From the human T2T-CHM13v2.0 reference genome, Homo sapiens, in assembly GCF_009914755.1 (NCBI RefSeq), contig NC_060934.1: 64,000 bases of DNA; one strand, given 5' to 3'. Below are positions 26,731-39,294 of the stretch, one piece after another. The position numbers and the translations under genes are program-made. A model generated the notes under the pieces. It saw nothing but the letters and a program-made list of their open reading frames with translations. It had not been told where the DNA came from and searched no databases. Position 1 is the stretch's first letter. Each line of letters opens with the position of its first letter.

Positions 26731-27571
26731 TAAAAATTACCACAGACAACATTAAAAAGTAAAATACAGGTTATTTTCAGCATAAATACAAGTGCAAAAT
26801 ATGAGAACTCTGAAGAAAACTGAAGAAAATAGAGGTGACCTACAAAAGATGAAATACAGATGTACAACAAACATATGAGAACATTCAATATCTTTCTGAA
26901 AAGATGCAAATTAATAAATCATAAGTATCATTTTTCACACATCAAAATGGCATGGAGTTTTTTGTAATGACAATATCCAATACTTGTGCATGTTTAAGAA
27001 AGCTGATATGTATGTACAGATAGTGCAACTTGGAGTGTTATTTGGAAATCTAGATTAAAAAGTCTTAAATTTGTGCCTATTCTTTGACCAGAAGTTCTAG
27101 AAATCTGGCTTCAGAAAATCACATAAAATGCTCACATTTTTCTCTAAGGACATTTATCAACACATTGCTATAAAAATGTAAAATGGAAACAATCTATTTA
27201 ATAAGGTTTTTAAAAAGCAGTTTAAATAAAGTTATACAATGGAAGCTCACGTAGCCATTAAACGATTAACAGGAAGTTCGTTCGACAGGTACTGGAACTT
27301 CAAAATCCATTGTTGAGAAAAGTAAGCCTTCCAAAACAGTATGTATTTTGCATAATCCCTCTTTTTTGTTGAAAAAAAAAAAAGGAAATGAAACAAAACA
27401 AAGAAAAAGAAAAGCTTGTTGCATTTATGAGAGATTCCAAGTAATCTGTCTGGGACAATCTACTGAAATGTTAACCATGATGTTCTCTCTGGGCAGTAGG
27501 ATTATGGTTGATTTTCCACTTTCCTCTTTTTGCTTATTTATATTTTAAGTTTTATAATAAACATGTTTTCC

Positions 27572-27864
27572 TTTTTTTTTTTTTTTGAGACAGGGTCTCG
27601 CTCTGTCGCCTAGGCTAGAGTGCAGTGGCATGACCTCAGCTCACTGCAACCTCTGCCTCCCAGGTTCATGTGATTCATCTGCCTAAGTCTCGCAAGTAGC
27701 TGGGATTACAGGTGCCTGCCACCACGCCTAGTTTTTGTATTTTTAGTAGAGAAGGAGTTTTGCCATGTTGTCCAGGCTGGTCTCGAACTTCTGACCGCAG
27801 GTGATCCGCCCACCTCGGCCTCACAAAGTGCTGGGATTACAGGAGTGAGCAGCCAAGCCTGGCT
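27572..27864 (-). mobile_element. AluS (Sx-like)
   Basis: Poly-T followed by reverse-complement Alu dimer. Confidence 0.92.
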
Positions 27865-29450
27865 GTGTTTTGCTTTTTCAATAAGAAAAAATGAAGCCCT
27901 AGAAAATCAAATGAAATGAAGAAGAAACTGATTCCATTTAAATTCCTTTCTAAGCAACATTTCAGTGAATGATGCTAGACCTGGAAAGAAACCAGTTACC
28001 AGCTGCGCCAACAGCCATGGTAGGCTTTGAGGCCACAAAGTTCATGAGGGTTTTGACAGTGAATTCCATCAGCGTAAATTCTCCCTGATGTCTAGCATGC
28101 TATATCTTCCAAATGTACAACACTGTGACATTCAATGGACCACCCCTCCCCAGCTCCGCTGGCTGGGGTCTGATGCTCCACTGTTCACAGCTTTTTTGGC
28201 TCTAATTTCGGAACTGCAGTGGTCCACGTGCTCTTACATGCACAAGGATATTTATGAAGGTTCAGGAGAGGATGTCAGAGAAACTCAAAGTCATTTGTTC
28301 ACTACCTACAGAGGCCATCAGATCAAAAATGCCTAAATACGACCCACCTATATGCAGAAATGGATAAGCCTCTATTTTCTTAAAACACCAGGGCCGTTCA
28401 TCTGCTGAATATACACCAAAGACTTTCACATCCCACCTGAAGATTGAGTAGATTTTAAGTAAAACTGCATAAATTTCCCTTTATTTCATCAAACTTATGT
28501 ATTTATAAATGGGAAAGGTAGGACAAAGCCAGGAGTGAGGTTTGCACACCAAATATCACTGTGAGAGCTCACATATTTGCAAGATATGGGCCTCAAGGTT
28601 GACTCTGAATTTTAACACACAACGAAGTGCACATTTGTTGCCCCATGGGTCAAATGCTCTGAGAAAGAAAAACTAGAGTTGTTCAGAGGATGCACGACTC
28701 TGGAAAAAAGAAAGAATTTAGATTTTTTTTCCTGTGGGGCGCACATGAATAGCATTGTCTAATGACATGAATGAGACACAGGCTCAGTGCAGGCTCTGCA
28801 CCACACCAAAGCACACAGAAAACCAGCATAGTTCTGCAAGAGACCGCCATGATGCGGTCCTTGCATGCAAATGTTTCACTCAACTGAGGAAATGGTTAAG
28901 AAAAACTTTAACTTCCGATTCTATAGACAACAGCCATATAATGGACCGGTTTATATACTTCTCATCTGTATGACTTTCGCGGTTCCTACAAGGGCATTTA
29001 TTTCAAGAACTGGATTAGGCAAGAGTAGGCATTTGAGGAACAGCTTCTAATCTTAAGTGACAAAGGTTGTGTTCCCTGCAAAGAGGACACCTGTCCTGTG
29101 CACCTGCCCTTCAGGCCCTCATAGGGACCTTAACGCTGAAGAATCTCCCCATTACCCATGAATAGCTGAGAAAATACACTGTAGAATGGACCTGCTTAAA
29201 CTATGTTGTCAAAGTAGTTTGTTGTTAAATGCAGGAATATTTTTCATGTTGCTATCAGATGTTCTCAGATGGGCCTCATTCCCAAGCCCATGGTGCTTCT
29301 GCTAGGTTACCCTGACACTCACAGTTACTCATGTATAGACGGTGCTCTGCAGTGTCCTAATTTAATCCTAATTTATCCCCCAAACAGAGCTCTTAACCAG
29401 GGAGGCACTGACTGAGACATGTTCACTGCAGCATTGGATGAGTGTGTTTT

Positions 29451-29528
29451 GGTTGGGTGCAGTGGCTCACACTTGTAATCCTGGCACTTTGGGAGGCCGA
29501 GACGGGCGGATCACCTGAAGCCAGGAGT
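29451..29528 (+). mobile_element. Tailless, 3'-truncated Alu 5' fragment with TSD, inside a MER5-like element (about 29385-29590)
   Basis: First about 78 nt of Alu only; (T)GAGTGTGTTTT(G) on both sides (29439-29451 and 29528-29540). Confidence 0.85.
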
Positions 29529-31458
29529 GAGTGTGTTTTGAAAAAGTACCCCACCCATGTCTGATGCACCTCTCTGGTTAAGAACATCTTTTTCACACTC
29601 TCTGATAAAACCCTTGTACCACCTAAGGTCAATAGAATGCTCCAAACATAGACTGCAGTACTTTGTTTGCAGTAATGCCCTCATGGGGCTATGACCTAGC
29701 AGGGGAAATAAAAGAACATCTGATAGCAGTATGAAAAATATTTCTGCATTTAACAACAAACTACTTTGACAACATCGTTTAAGAAGAATTAATGGGCTGG
29801 CTTTACCATCTTTATTTCTTTGTTCACCAAAATTAGCTATTATTGATGAAAAGAAAATCACATTTTACAGAAAGATATGGACTTTGCTTTAAGATTATTA
29901 GGAAAAGAGAAAAACTCACCAAGTCAAAGGAATGAAACACATCATCTATTTCTCACATTTTTTGCTCTATTTTCCAGGGTCATCTGTATCTAGAATACTT
30001 TTTCTTTCAGAACTCATCATGCTACTACCACTGCCTTTTTCCAAGATCCCTTCTAAATTCACTTCCTGTGGACAGCTTGGATGATACTGAAGACTAATGA
30101 TAATTACAAAATGGTTTGAGTCCCCACCATGAGCCCAACTGCTCGGCACTCTTTACGTAAATTACCTTGTAAAGGACAAGCAAGCAACTGGCGGAGTATA
30201 AATGAAGCCTCAGATGGGCCCCATTCCCAAGCCCGTGGTGCTTCTTCTAGGTTACCCTGTTACCCACTGTTACTCATGTATAGACAGTTGCTCTGCAATA
30301 TCCCTAATTTAAAAGATCAGCCCATTACCTGGTCAGCCTGCTTCAGGCTTTGAATCCATTTCTTTTAATCTATTCCTGGCAAACCTAAGTAAATGGCCCA
30401 TTAATAATGACTCTCTCCTAAACAGTGTAGGGACACCCCCTATTCATATAACTGAAAGAGTTACTCAGAGAAAAAACAAAAAACAAAGCCATTCTCTCCA
30501 CGAAGCTAGCCGGGATGGCTGACATGAGCAACCTTTAGATACCATATGGACTCTTGGGAATGATCTGGAAACCGTGTTTATGATGAGGAGGAAAATGACA
30601 CAATCTCATCAAGACTTATCAAGAGATAAATAAAACATTCTTAGAAACCTTCAAAATATTTTTGCAACATTGCTTATATATTTTCTCTTCTTTAACATTA
30701 CATTTGACCACATGAAGGACAATAAAGTTGTTCCTTGACAATACTTGATTATTCTTACCGAGTTCCTAAAGGGAAACAATATTTTGAGACATTTCCCCCG
30801 CCACCCTCCACTTCAATTTTAAACCAAGTGGGGATTCTAGTTTTAACTTTACTTTTCACAACCTACCTCTTGGCGGTGAGTCTTTCATCGCTCCTCACCC
30901 TTTCCTTGCCAGAGAGGTTTTGAATATGGGGATGGGGAAAGGTAGTTTGAGGAAGGAAACACATCAAGCACTTAAGGGATCGTGACATAAGCATGGGCTT
31001 TGTTGGGTCATCAACGTAACCTGTCCTCCACCCAGCCCACAGGTCGAGGGCACCCACTCTGTGAGCCATTGCTCCCTGGCTCCCTACTGGGTAAGATGAG
31101 GTCAATGCCAATGACTCAGTTGAATCCTGCCGTCCAGGAATGTGCAGTGTGCAAGTATAACAATGACCTCTACAAAATAGCAAATGCATCATATTAAAAG
31201 GCTGCTACCTGCATAGCAAGGAGACCAGGTCTGAGTTATGTGTCACCATCGCAGAACCAGAGAAGAGCCCAGTGTCTGGTACCACAGCTGACACGATCAA
31301 TGTCAAGTGAGTGAGGGGAGGCTGTTGCGGTGCCAGCAGGAGGTGCCAGGGCCCTGCTTATTGAATCAAAATGACCAGCAAAGGAGCACCTGTTCTTGCT
31401 GCTGATGGGAAAGGTGGCAGGCAAGCTGGAGGCCAAGGTTGAATTGCAGTGGGCACCT

Positions 31459-31642
31459 GCTCTTCTGGGACAGGAAGAGAGTCAGAGCGAGACAGGATGG
31501 TATTGGTCAGAAAAGGTGAAGAGTAAACAACGCAGGGAGGCTGAAAGCTCTTCCGGGACAGGAAGAGAGTCAGAGCGAGACGGGATGGTATTGGTCAGAA
31601 AAGGTGAAGAGTAAACAACGCAAGGAGGCTGACAGCTCTTCC
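31459..31642. repeat. Tandem duplication, 88-bp period, about 2.1 copies
   Basis: GCTCTTC at 31459, 31547 and 31635; units nearly identical. Confidence 0.95.
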
Positions 31643-31887
31643 CTTTGACTCTGAGCATCGCTTCTTCACCACGTTCTAAGAATCGACCTGAGAAGCTGGC
31701 TTGTCTGACAGCTCCTGTTGCAGAAAACCATAGGCCCCAAAAATGGATAAATTAACAAACAAGGAGAGCAGAATTCACAAGATGATCTTGTCCACCTCTC
31801 TTATTCCACAGATGGAAAAAACAGAGACCTCGCAGGCAAGTGACCTGCCCAAAGTCACCCAGAGGGTCTGCCCTGGAGCAGGGGGGG

Positions 31888-32105
31888 TCACACATTTCTT
31901 CAGAAAAGGCCCAGATAGTAAAAATGTTAGGCTTTGTGAGCTATAAGGTCTCTGTCCCAACTACTCAACTTTGCTGTTGCAGTATGAAAGCAGCCACAGA
32001 ACAATGCATAACTAAATTGGCATGGCTATTTTCAATACAACTATTTACAAAAACAGGCAGCAGGCTGGACTCGGCCTCCTGGTGGTTTGCTCATGCCTGC
32101 CATAG
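31888..32105 (-). mobile_element. MER58A (hAT-Charlie)
   Basis: AAAGGCCCAGATAGTAAAAATGTTAGGCTTTGTGAG...CAACTACTCAACT...TTTACAAAAACAGGC. Confidence 0.8.
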
Positions 32106-32790
32106 GGCTGCTGCTACATACCAGGGGCTGAGTTCTTGTCCATTCATCAGCTGATTCTAACACTCTCTGGGTTACTTGTTGTTAACAATGAAACAAAACA
32201 CAAAAACTCATTCTGCTCAATTCTTCTGGCTTCCCTAAAGATAAGAAAAGACCATCGTAAGATTGTTTACCTGATTCTCAACCATGCACCCAATTCATTA
32301 GGAAGAACTGGGTAGTTGTGGTGTGAATGTCCACCAGCCAGCAGCAGAAAGGCTTTGCGTCTAGTGGTGGAAGCTCTGCAGGGTAGAGGCGGCTCCAGAA
32401 AACCTGGAGGGGTTAGGCACACGGGCAGGCCCTTGGAGTCAGTGTGGGACTGCCAAACCATCTGATCCATTGGCAAACCTTGTTGATCTACCCTGAACAC
32501 ATAGCCCCAGAATCTGACCACTTCTCAATACCTTCACTCCTGCCACCCTTTCCAAGTCACTGCCCCCACTCCTGGACAATTGTCCAATATATATTTGCTG
32601 AATGAACAAACATCAAGAGTGAGAGAGTGGAATTCTGCACTAGCCTCCTCATACGGGTGCTAAGGTCTATAGCCCTCACCACCACCCCCTGCCCCAGGTC
32701 TAGCCTAGCAAGATCCTTGACTTGTTTCAGAGCATTATGGAGTCACAGAGCGGAAAACGCAGACTGAATGGCAGAATGGCCATTCAGCAG

Positions 32791-33199
32791 TGTGATGGAC
32801 ACTGTATTACACTGCTCAGATCTCCCTTCAGGAAAGAAGAGCTTCTTCCCCCAGCTGCTGGAAGTCCTGTAGGAAGAGTGCCCTTGGCGGCGATCCACCC
32901 TATAGGAATTGGCTGACTGAAGAGAGCTGCCTCACCCAAGGTCACATATCTTCCTGGGGAATATAAGGGCCCAGGCCCTTATGGCAACTCAGAATAACCT
33001 TGAAGGGCCATCCCAGATTCAGAGTTCCCTAAGTGGCTGGCAGAGGCCTTGCTTATGACTGCACCGCAGAACACCTTCTCCCTCTGCCCAGTCCTGCTTC
33101 CCTTCCTGGATGTCATATCCCAGAACACTCCCCAGTAAATGCCCTACCCATTCATCTCCACCTCAGAGTCTGATTTCTAGAGAATCCAACATGTAATAC
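32791..33199 (+). mobile_element. ERVL-type LTR (LTR16-like)
   Basis: TGTGATGGAC..TGCTCAGATCTCCCTTCAGGA...CATCTCCACCTCAGAGTCTGATTTCTAGAGAATCCAAC. Confidence 0.6.
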
Positions 33200-33252
33200 T
33201 GGGGAACAGGGTAAAGTTTACCTTGGGGGATGGATTTATTTGAATGCTAGAC

Positions 33253-33612
33253 CAGAAGTCAGTAAATTACAGACTGCAGGCCAAATCTGGCCCACTGCTT
33301 GTTAGTGTAAATAAAGTTTTATTGGCAACAGCCACATTTATGTATTTATGCATTGTTGATGGCTGATTTTGCACTACAACAGCAAGTTGTCTCCTGCTGT
33401 GCCCTTCTCAGTGACAGCCCCAGACAGAACAGTTAAGATGGTGGTGACTCAATGGCAGGCCCCATCTCCACTGCCACTATCAAAGGTGGTATCTGAACAC
33501 TGTTGCTAGTTGAGTAGTTGCTACAGAAACCATATGGCCCGCAAAGCCAAACACATATTTTCAATCTGGCCCTTCACAAACAAAAGGGAAAAAGAAAAGT
33601 TTGCTGATCCCA
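33253..33612 (+). mobile_element. MER58A interrupted by an insertion of about 120 bp
   Basis: GGCCAAATCTGGCCC..AAATAAAGTTTTATTGG..CTACAACAGCA [insert] AGTTGAGTAGTTG..ATGGCCCGCAAAGCC. Confidence 0.82.
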
Positions 33613-34717
33613 ATTCTAGATCATTGAAGAAAAAAAATCACATTTGTAAAATATCTTCTGGTCCCTCTAGTAAAAAAAGTCCTCATGGGATGAGAGTGGG
33701 AGTCTAATGCAGGCTTCTCCCCTACAGGTAGGCTTGGCTTGTGTGTACATGGTTTGTTATCTGCCCTTGAGTGGCGTAAGTGAGATAAGCCTCACTCGCT
33801 ATTAATGTGGCAGACCATACCATCTAAGTGTGAGTAGGCACAGTGCTCATTTGGAGACCTGGCAAGGACTTCTGCCTTCCAGTCATCCACATCTTTATTC
33901 ACTAGTGATGCTAAACTCCACCGAGGACATCTCAGACCAATGCCACCAAAGCCTGTGAACTGACTGAGGGAGTTGCAACATGGGCCCACCATAGAACGCG
34001 AACGCAAATAGATGTGGACAGCGTATTCACTAGTCTCCTCTTCAATAGCATCTACCATCATCAGAAGATTTTGCTCCCTCTACTTGGATATCTCAGAAAT
34101 GGTAAAAAGCTTCAGATTTAAGCCACAGATGCACAATAAAATTGGCAGTAAGAAATGTGTCTAAGTCAATAGTGAGTCAGGCATGCACATCCGGTGAGGT
34201 GGGAACCATTTGGATCAACACTGTATATTTCACAGACCACCACAAAGAACTGGATTTCAGGCTGAGGAGGATTTCTGAGCCAATACATTTTAATCGCATA
34301 AAATGATATGGCTTATTACATTTTTTCATAAATTAACTTGCAGTTCACTCTCCTAATAGTCTACCGGGGTAACTGGCAACCAAATACCAGTATTACTCCA
34401 GATGTTCATAAGCAGCCTTCAGATACCACCTTTGGTAGTGGCAGAGGAGGTGGGGCCTGCCGTTGAGTCACCACCATCTTAATTGCCCTGCCTGGGGCTG
34501 TCACTGAGAAGGGAACAGCAGGAGACAAGTACACAGCTCTAGCACCAATTGGCCACGTGGACTTGGGCAAATCATTTAATCTTCAAGCCTCATTTGTGTT
34601 GTGTGAAAAATAAAGATAATGATACTCTTTACAGATGGTTGAATGATTCAAAATAATGGATGCAGCCCAGGGCCTGGTGCCTAGGACTTCTAGAACATAT
34701 GTTGTGGTTATGAATAA

Positions 34718-34752
34718 GATGATGATGATGACGATGATGATGGTGATGATGA
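34718..34752. repeat. (ATG)n trinucleotide repeat next to a MIR
   Basis: gatgatgatgatgacgatgatgatggtgatgatga. Confidence 0.8.
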
Positions 34753-35903
34753 CAAGAATGGGGATTAAATTTTTTATGATAGATTCGAAGATTTGCCCAA
34801 TGCCCACCTACTTGGTGCTATCTGAATGCTTACCAGTAGTAGAGATGTAAAGACAAAACATACAGGGACTGAGGAGATGAGCAAAGAGAGAACCAATTTC
34901 TTAACATTCAGCCTGAGATGAGAGCAGGTGCTCACGCGTCTATTGGAATGCTATGTCTCAGTAGAAACAGCTATTTGAATTGCATGATGTGCTTGTGTCT
35001 CATTTTTCCTCATCTTCTCTTTTGGGTGCATATCCTGGAGGCTCATTCATGAATACAATTTGTAGAACTTTCTGTCCAACGACCTAATGACTAGAACTAA
35101 AATTGCTTTGCCTCTGTTTGTAGAATTGCCCAGGCTGTACCCACCAAGCAGCTGAATGTCAGTAAGCCAGCCAACAGAAGATCCTGCTCATGAGGTATTT
35201 TGGAATCCTTCAGATACAAAGAATCAGATTCAGTAACTATGAAGTAAGAAGACTGCTAATAGCATGTGTAACCACAGGAGGCTGTCAAGAATGTCTCAGA
35301 TAGGATTCCAGTTTCAGACAGGAAAATATAAACAGTTCCTCTGAGTTTTAATGAGCACTGCTGCAGTCTGAAAGCTCTTGCATTAAGGCTAAAGGTTTTG
35401 TGGAATCTGAAGGTCAGCAAGCTCACCCTCCACACGTTGTGCAGGCTGTGCAAGGACAGCCCGTGGTCATTAGAGTCAATGAGCTGTGCTGGTAAATTTC
35501 AGGCCAGAATTCTACAGCATGGACAGATGTGCTTTCTTGTCACCTGAGAAGAAATAGAGTCCACTGGAAATTATTTCTGAGTGAGGGAGCACACAGCCAG
35601 GGGTGCACGTGTAGGTGAAGGTGTGCATTTGTAGGCATCCGAGGCAAGTGCCCCACAGCACACCCCAGGGCTCTGTGGCTTTGGACTTTGCAACTGAGGG
35701 GTCCAGAATCCCACGGAGCCTCTTTTCTTTACAGAGTCCACCTTGGGCAAATAGAGCTGAAATTTTTTAAGCTTGATGGGACCTCGAAAACACCCAATCT
35801 ACCCCCTGCTCTAGTTACCCAGATGAGGAGTTCAGAGAGTATCACTCCTCCACATTCACTGAGCTAGAAATAATAGATCAGCAACTCCACAAAAAGTTCT
35901 TCC

Positions 35904-36474
35904 AAATGTGGTCTATATATACACCATGGACTACTACTAAGCCATTAGAAGGAATGAAATCATGTCTTTTGCAGCAACTTGGTTGAAGCTGGAGGCTATG
36001 ATTCTAAGTGAAGTAACATAGCAGTGGAAAGCCAAAAACCGTATGTTCTCATAAGTGGGAGCTAAGCTATGAGTACGCAAAGGCATACAGAGTGATATGA
36101 TGGACTTCAGAGACTCAGAAAGGGGAGGGTGAGAGGTGGGCCTAGGGATAAACACACACACACACACCACATATACACCACACACACACACCACACACGC
36201 ATACACACACACCACACACACACACCATACACACACACCACACAACCACACACCCACACCACACACATGCACACACACACCACACACACACACCACACAA
36301 CCACACACACACCACACACACACACACCACACACACACAACACACACACACACTAGGTGCAATATACACTACTTGGGTGACGGGTGCCCTAAAATCTCAG
36401 AATTCACCACTGTAAAATTCATCCATGTAACCAAGAACCACTTGTACTCCCAAAGCTACTGAAATTGTAAAAAA
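35904..36474 (+). mobile_element. L1PB-type 3' end with internal CA-rich expansion
   Basis: GTGGGAGCTAAGCTATGAGTACGCAAAGGCATACAGAGTG...AAAATCTCAGAATTCACCAC..ATCCATGTAACCAAGAACCACTTGTAC. Confidence 0.85.
36152..36353. repeat. Complex (CA)n/(CAC) repeat, about 200 bp
   Basis: Seen directly. Confidence 0.95.
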
Positions 36475-37208
36475 GGTATTCAAGACTCCCCTGGTGTCTG
36501 TGACTATCTCTTTCCTCAAATGGTAGAATGAAGCCTCATGGCTTAAAGCCACTGAAATGCTTCACATGTGAATCTTTGGGATCTGTGCTTTTTCTGGGGG
36601 ATGTTGGCCTGCAGGATGCAGAATAAATTTATACTATTTGCCTAAGATAATCCCTTAGAGGAGCAGTCATTTCACAAAATCACAATCAAAAATCTTCTCT
36701 GCACCACCAAAGCCAAAAAGTAAGTTGGGGGAAGTGTCCACACTCTTGCTGCCCTCCTCTGAGATGAGTGTATGAGTGTTTGAGATCTGGCTCTCATTAT
36801 TAATGAAGAGCCTTTGGTGAAAAGTACTATAAATCCAAATTATTATTTCACACCATGACACATGGTTTAAAAATGAGGATGTGCTTTAACTGGGGTAACA
36901 TACAACAATGCAGTGGTGTATTTCTGGAATCATCATCAATAAGGAAGACGAAGTGCTTAGCTTGAGCAATCTCTTTAACCACTAAAGTGGGATTTATCTT
37001 TGGAACATTGATAGCTGCTTATGTTGTCCTTCTTGTAATAAGTCTGTAAGACATGCATTTCAATGGTTTAATCAATCTGAAAGCCATGCCAAAATTGCCT
37101 TAAAAATCTCTGAGCATTCAATATTTCAATATATATACAGTTGTTAAAATTAATTACATCATTTAACATTTCTATACACATTATAACTTTAAATGTTTTA
37201 CAGTCATT

Positions 37209-37228
37209 TTTATTAATAAAGCTTTAAT
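37209..37228 (-). other. Candidate intronic polyadenylation signals (ATTAAA, AATAAA on minus strand)
   Basis: Plus-strand TTTATT at 37209-37214 and TTTAAT at 37223-37228, about 0.9 kb downstream of the read-through stop at 38098. AT-rich context, so a chance match is possible. Confidence 0.25.
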
Positions 37229-38165
37229 GAATAAAAGTTGTACCGTAAAATTATGATGCATATCCTGCATTTTCAATTGTATACTAATATCTTTAAATAC
37301 TTTTTTCCAAATAGAAAGTAATTCATAAACCAGAGCCTCTTGCAGAAAGCAAAGTTGAAAATCAGAAGTTTACACAGAGAAAGAAAGAAATCTGGCCTCT
37401 TTCTTCCAAAAAATGCCTGCTTTCCTCTTTTGATTTCCCAAGAAAGGTGCAGAGTCCTCAGGGCAACCCATCCTGGGAATTCTTCCCGGCCCTGGAAATG
37501 GCAGAAACAGCAACAAATCCTGGTCAAGATGCCCCAGAAGACAAAACCAGGGGGACAGAAAATTGCTGCTGCTGCTGCTACTACTATTTGGCACAGAGAG
37601 TCCCTGACTTGCCTAATTTAGAAAATGTCCTATAATTATTATACACGCACACACGCACACATTCACATACACACATTCACACTTACACGCTCCATTATGA
37701 AGCTTTGCAGTCTAGCTTTTATATCAATGAGGCTAACTTGAAAAGTAGAAAGTACAGAAATCTGGACACTTCCAAACACGCAGATGTTTGGCGAGAGAGA
37801 TGAAACATCTGGGGGCGAATGGCATTTCATTCTTCTCACCCTCTTTTGGAACGCAATTTGGGCATGTTGTAAATTAACTTCCTTTGGAGGCCCTCATTTC
37901 CTTCTCATTACATATGGTCTGGAACTATTGGGAACAAGAATTTGACAGAAGGCCTCTTACAATCTACAAAAGTCTCAACTAAAAAAATCTATCCAATCAG
38001 ACATCGATGCCGAGCTATCAGTTGTCAACTATGAGCAGAGCAGATCACTGCAAGTCTACTGAGAAATGCCTCTTAGAATAAGTTTTGTATAAGAAATTCA
38101 CTCAACAGTCACCTTGCTAGGACATTTACTCAGGTCACCCTCCTGCAGATGGACGCACCACTCAC

Positions 38166-39294
38166 CTGCCCTGTAACTCCAGCCAGGAATGTGAATGGAC
38201 AGTTGGTTGGCATGATCGCTGGCGTGACAATGAGTTGTATGGTCCTTTTCCCCTTTTCTTACAGTGACTTGGTTAGCTCCCACATTTGCCAATTCTGTGT
38301 TTTCCAATGGAAAAGAACCACTCCAAGGACAAGCGCCGGTCCCCAAATGCACCCGCCTCAACGATGGGGTTTCCTTCAAGTGACTTTCTTGTAAACCTGG
38401 GTTCCAGCGCTGGCCTACGAGGTCCTGGTCTCCCTCCAGGAGCTCCTGCTTCAGGGCTTCGCTTATTGGCTCTCTGTTCACTAGGCCATCTACTCCATCT
38501 GCTGTTAATCTGTGGGAACTACAATTGAGGTTGAGCGACAGGACGGATCTGTGCATTTTGGGGCTGGCAATTTGAGGTGGCTCAATGGGGACGGAGAGAG
38601 ACTTGTCTACGTAATAGATTGAATCTGGACACTGCTGAGACACCCTGAGGTGGACACAGGAACTGAACACCAGCGGGCTCTTTCCTGACAGTGGGGTGTC
38701 TGGAGAAAAACTGGTCTCTTTGTCGTCTGCATGGGTGACCCAGTACTTGCGTCTCTCACACAACCCAGTGTGGGCCTCGGGAACCTTCAGCCGCACCACG
38801 GAGCTGTTTCTGGAGAACTCTGTGCAGGCAAAAGATCTCTGATGCCGACCTGGATGGGCGCCATTGGCCAGAGCCGGGGGCGCCTGGAACAGTGTGTCCT
38901 CAGCCCTGCACTTGGGGCACAGAGAGTCCCCAGCAGTCCCCCACACCAGGGCGCGGGCTGGGGGGCCCACGCGTCTGGCCGTGATGGTGATGGATGCAAA
39001 CCCTCTGCGGGGGCCCCCACAGGGTCTCTCCTCTTTGGGCGGCAGCTCTGCCTCAGGTCCTCGCTCATCTGACGGTGCCGGGATTCCTAATCTGCCCGGA
39101 AGTAACGCAAATGCTCTGTGAATGTTGACTCCGCTGCGGTTAGCCAGAGATTGCTTGGCGTGATGTGCACGAGACTGAGCAATGGCACACGGTAGGGGCA
39201 AGGAGGCCCTGTTTTCTCTTGACTTATTCTCATCAATCATCTGGGAGATGACTATGGATGAAATCATTTTTGTGTTTTGTGATGCCAGGGTCTC
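38166..39294 (-). CDS. C10orf90: C10orf90/FATS large coding exon, 1129 nt (ETLASQNTKMISSIVISQMIDENK...IPGWSYRA)
   Basis: Lies within the 400-aa ORF 38098-39300, the only long non-repetitive ORF. Acceptor CTTTTCTATTTGCAG|GAG and donor AGGGCAG|GTGAGT (phase 1). GC/CpG-richer than the flanks. Protein recognised as C10orf90. Confidence 0.95.

Noticed and set aside
33792-34061. 89-aa ORF (MMVDAIEEETSEY...) lying between the inverted repeat arms
   Set aside because: No recognisable domain or convincing splice sites; the length is compatible with chance. A tBLASTn or Dfam search would settle it.
35937-36462. Cys/Val- and His/Thr-rich ORFs (similar ones at 46412-46669)
   Set aside because: Translations of (CA)n/(TG)n repeats.
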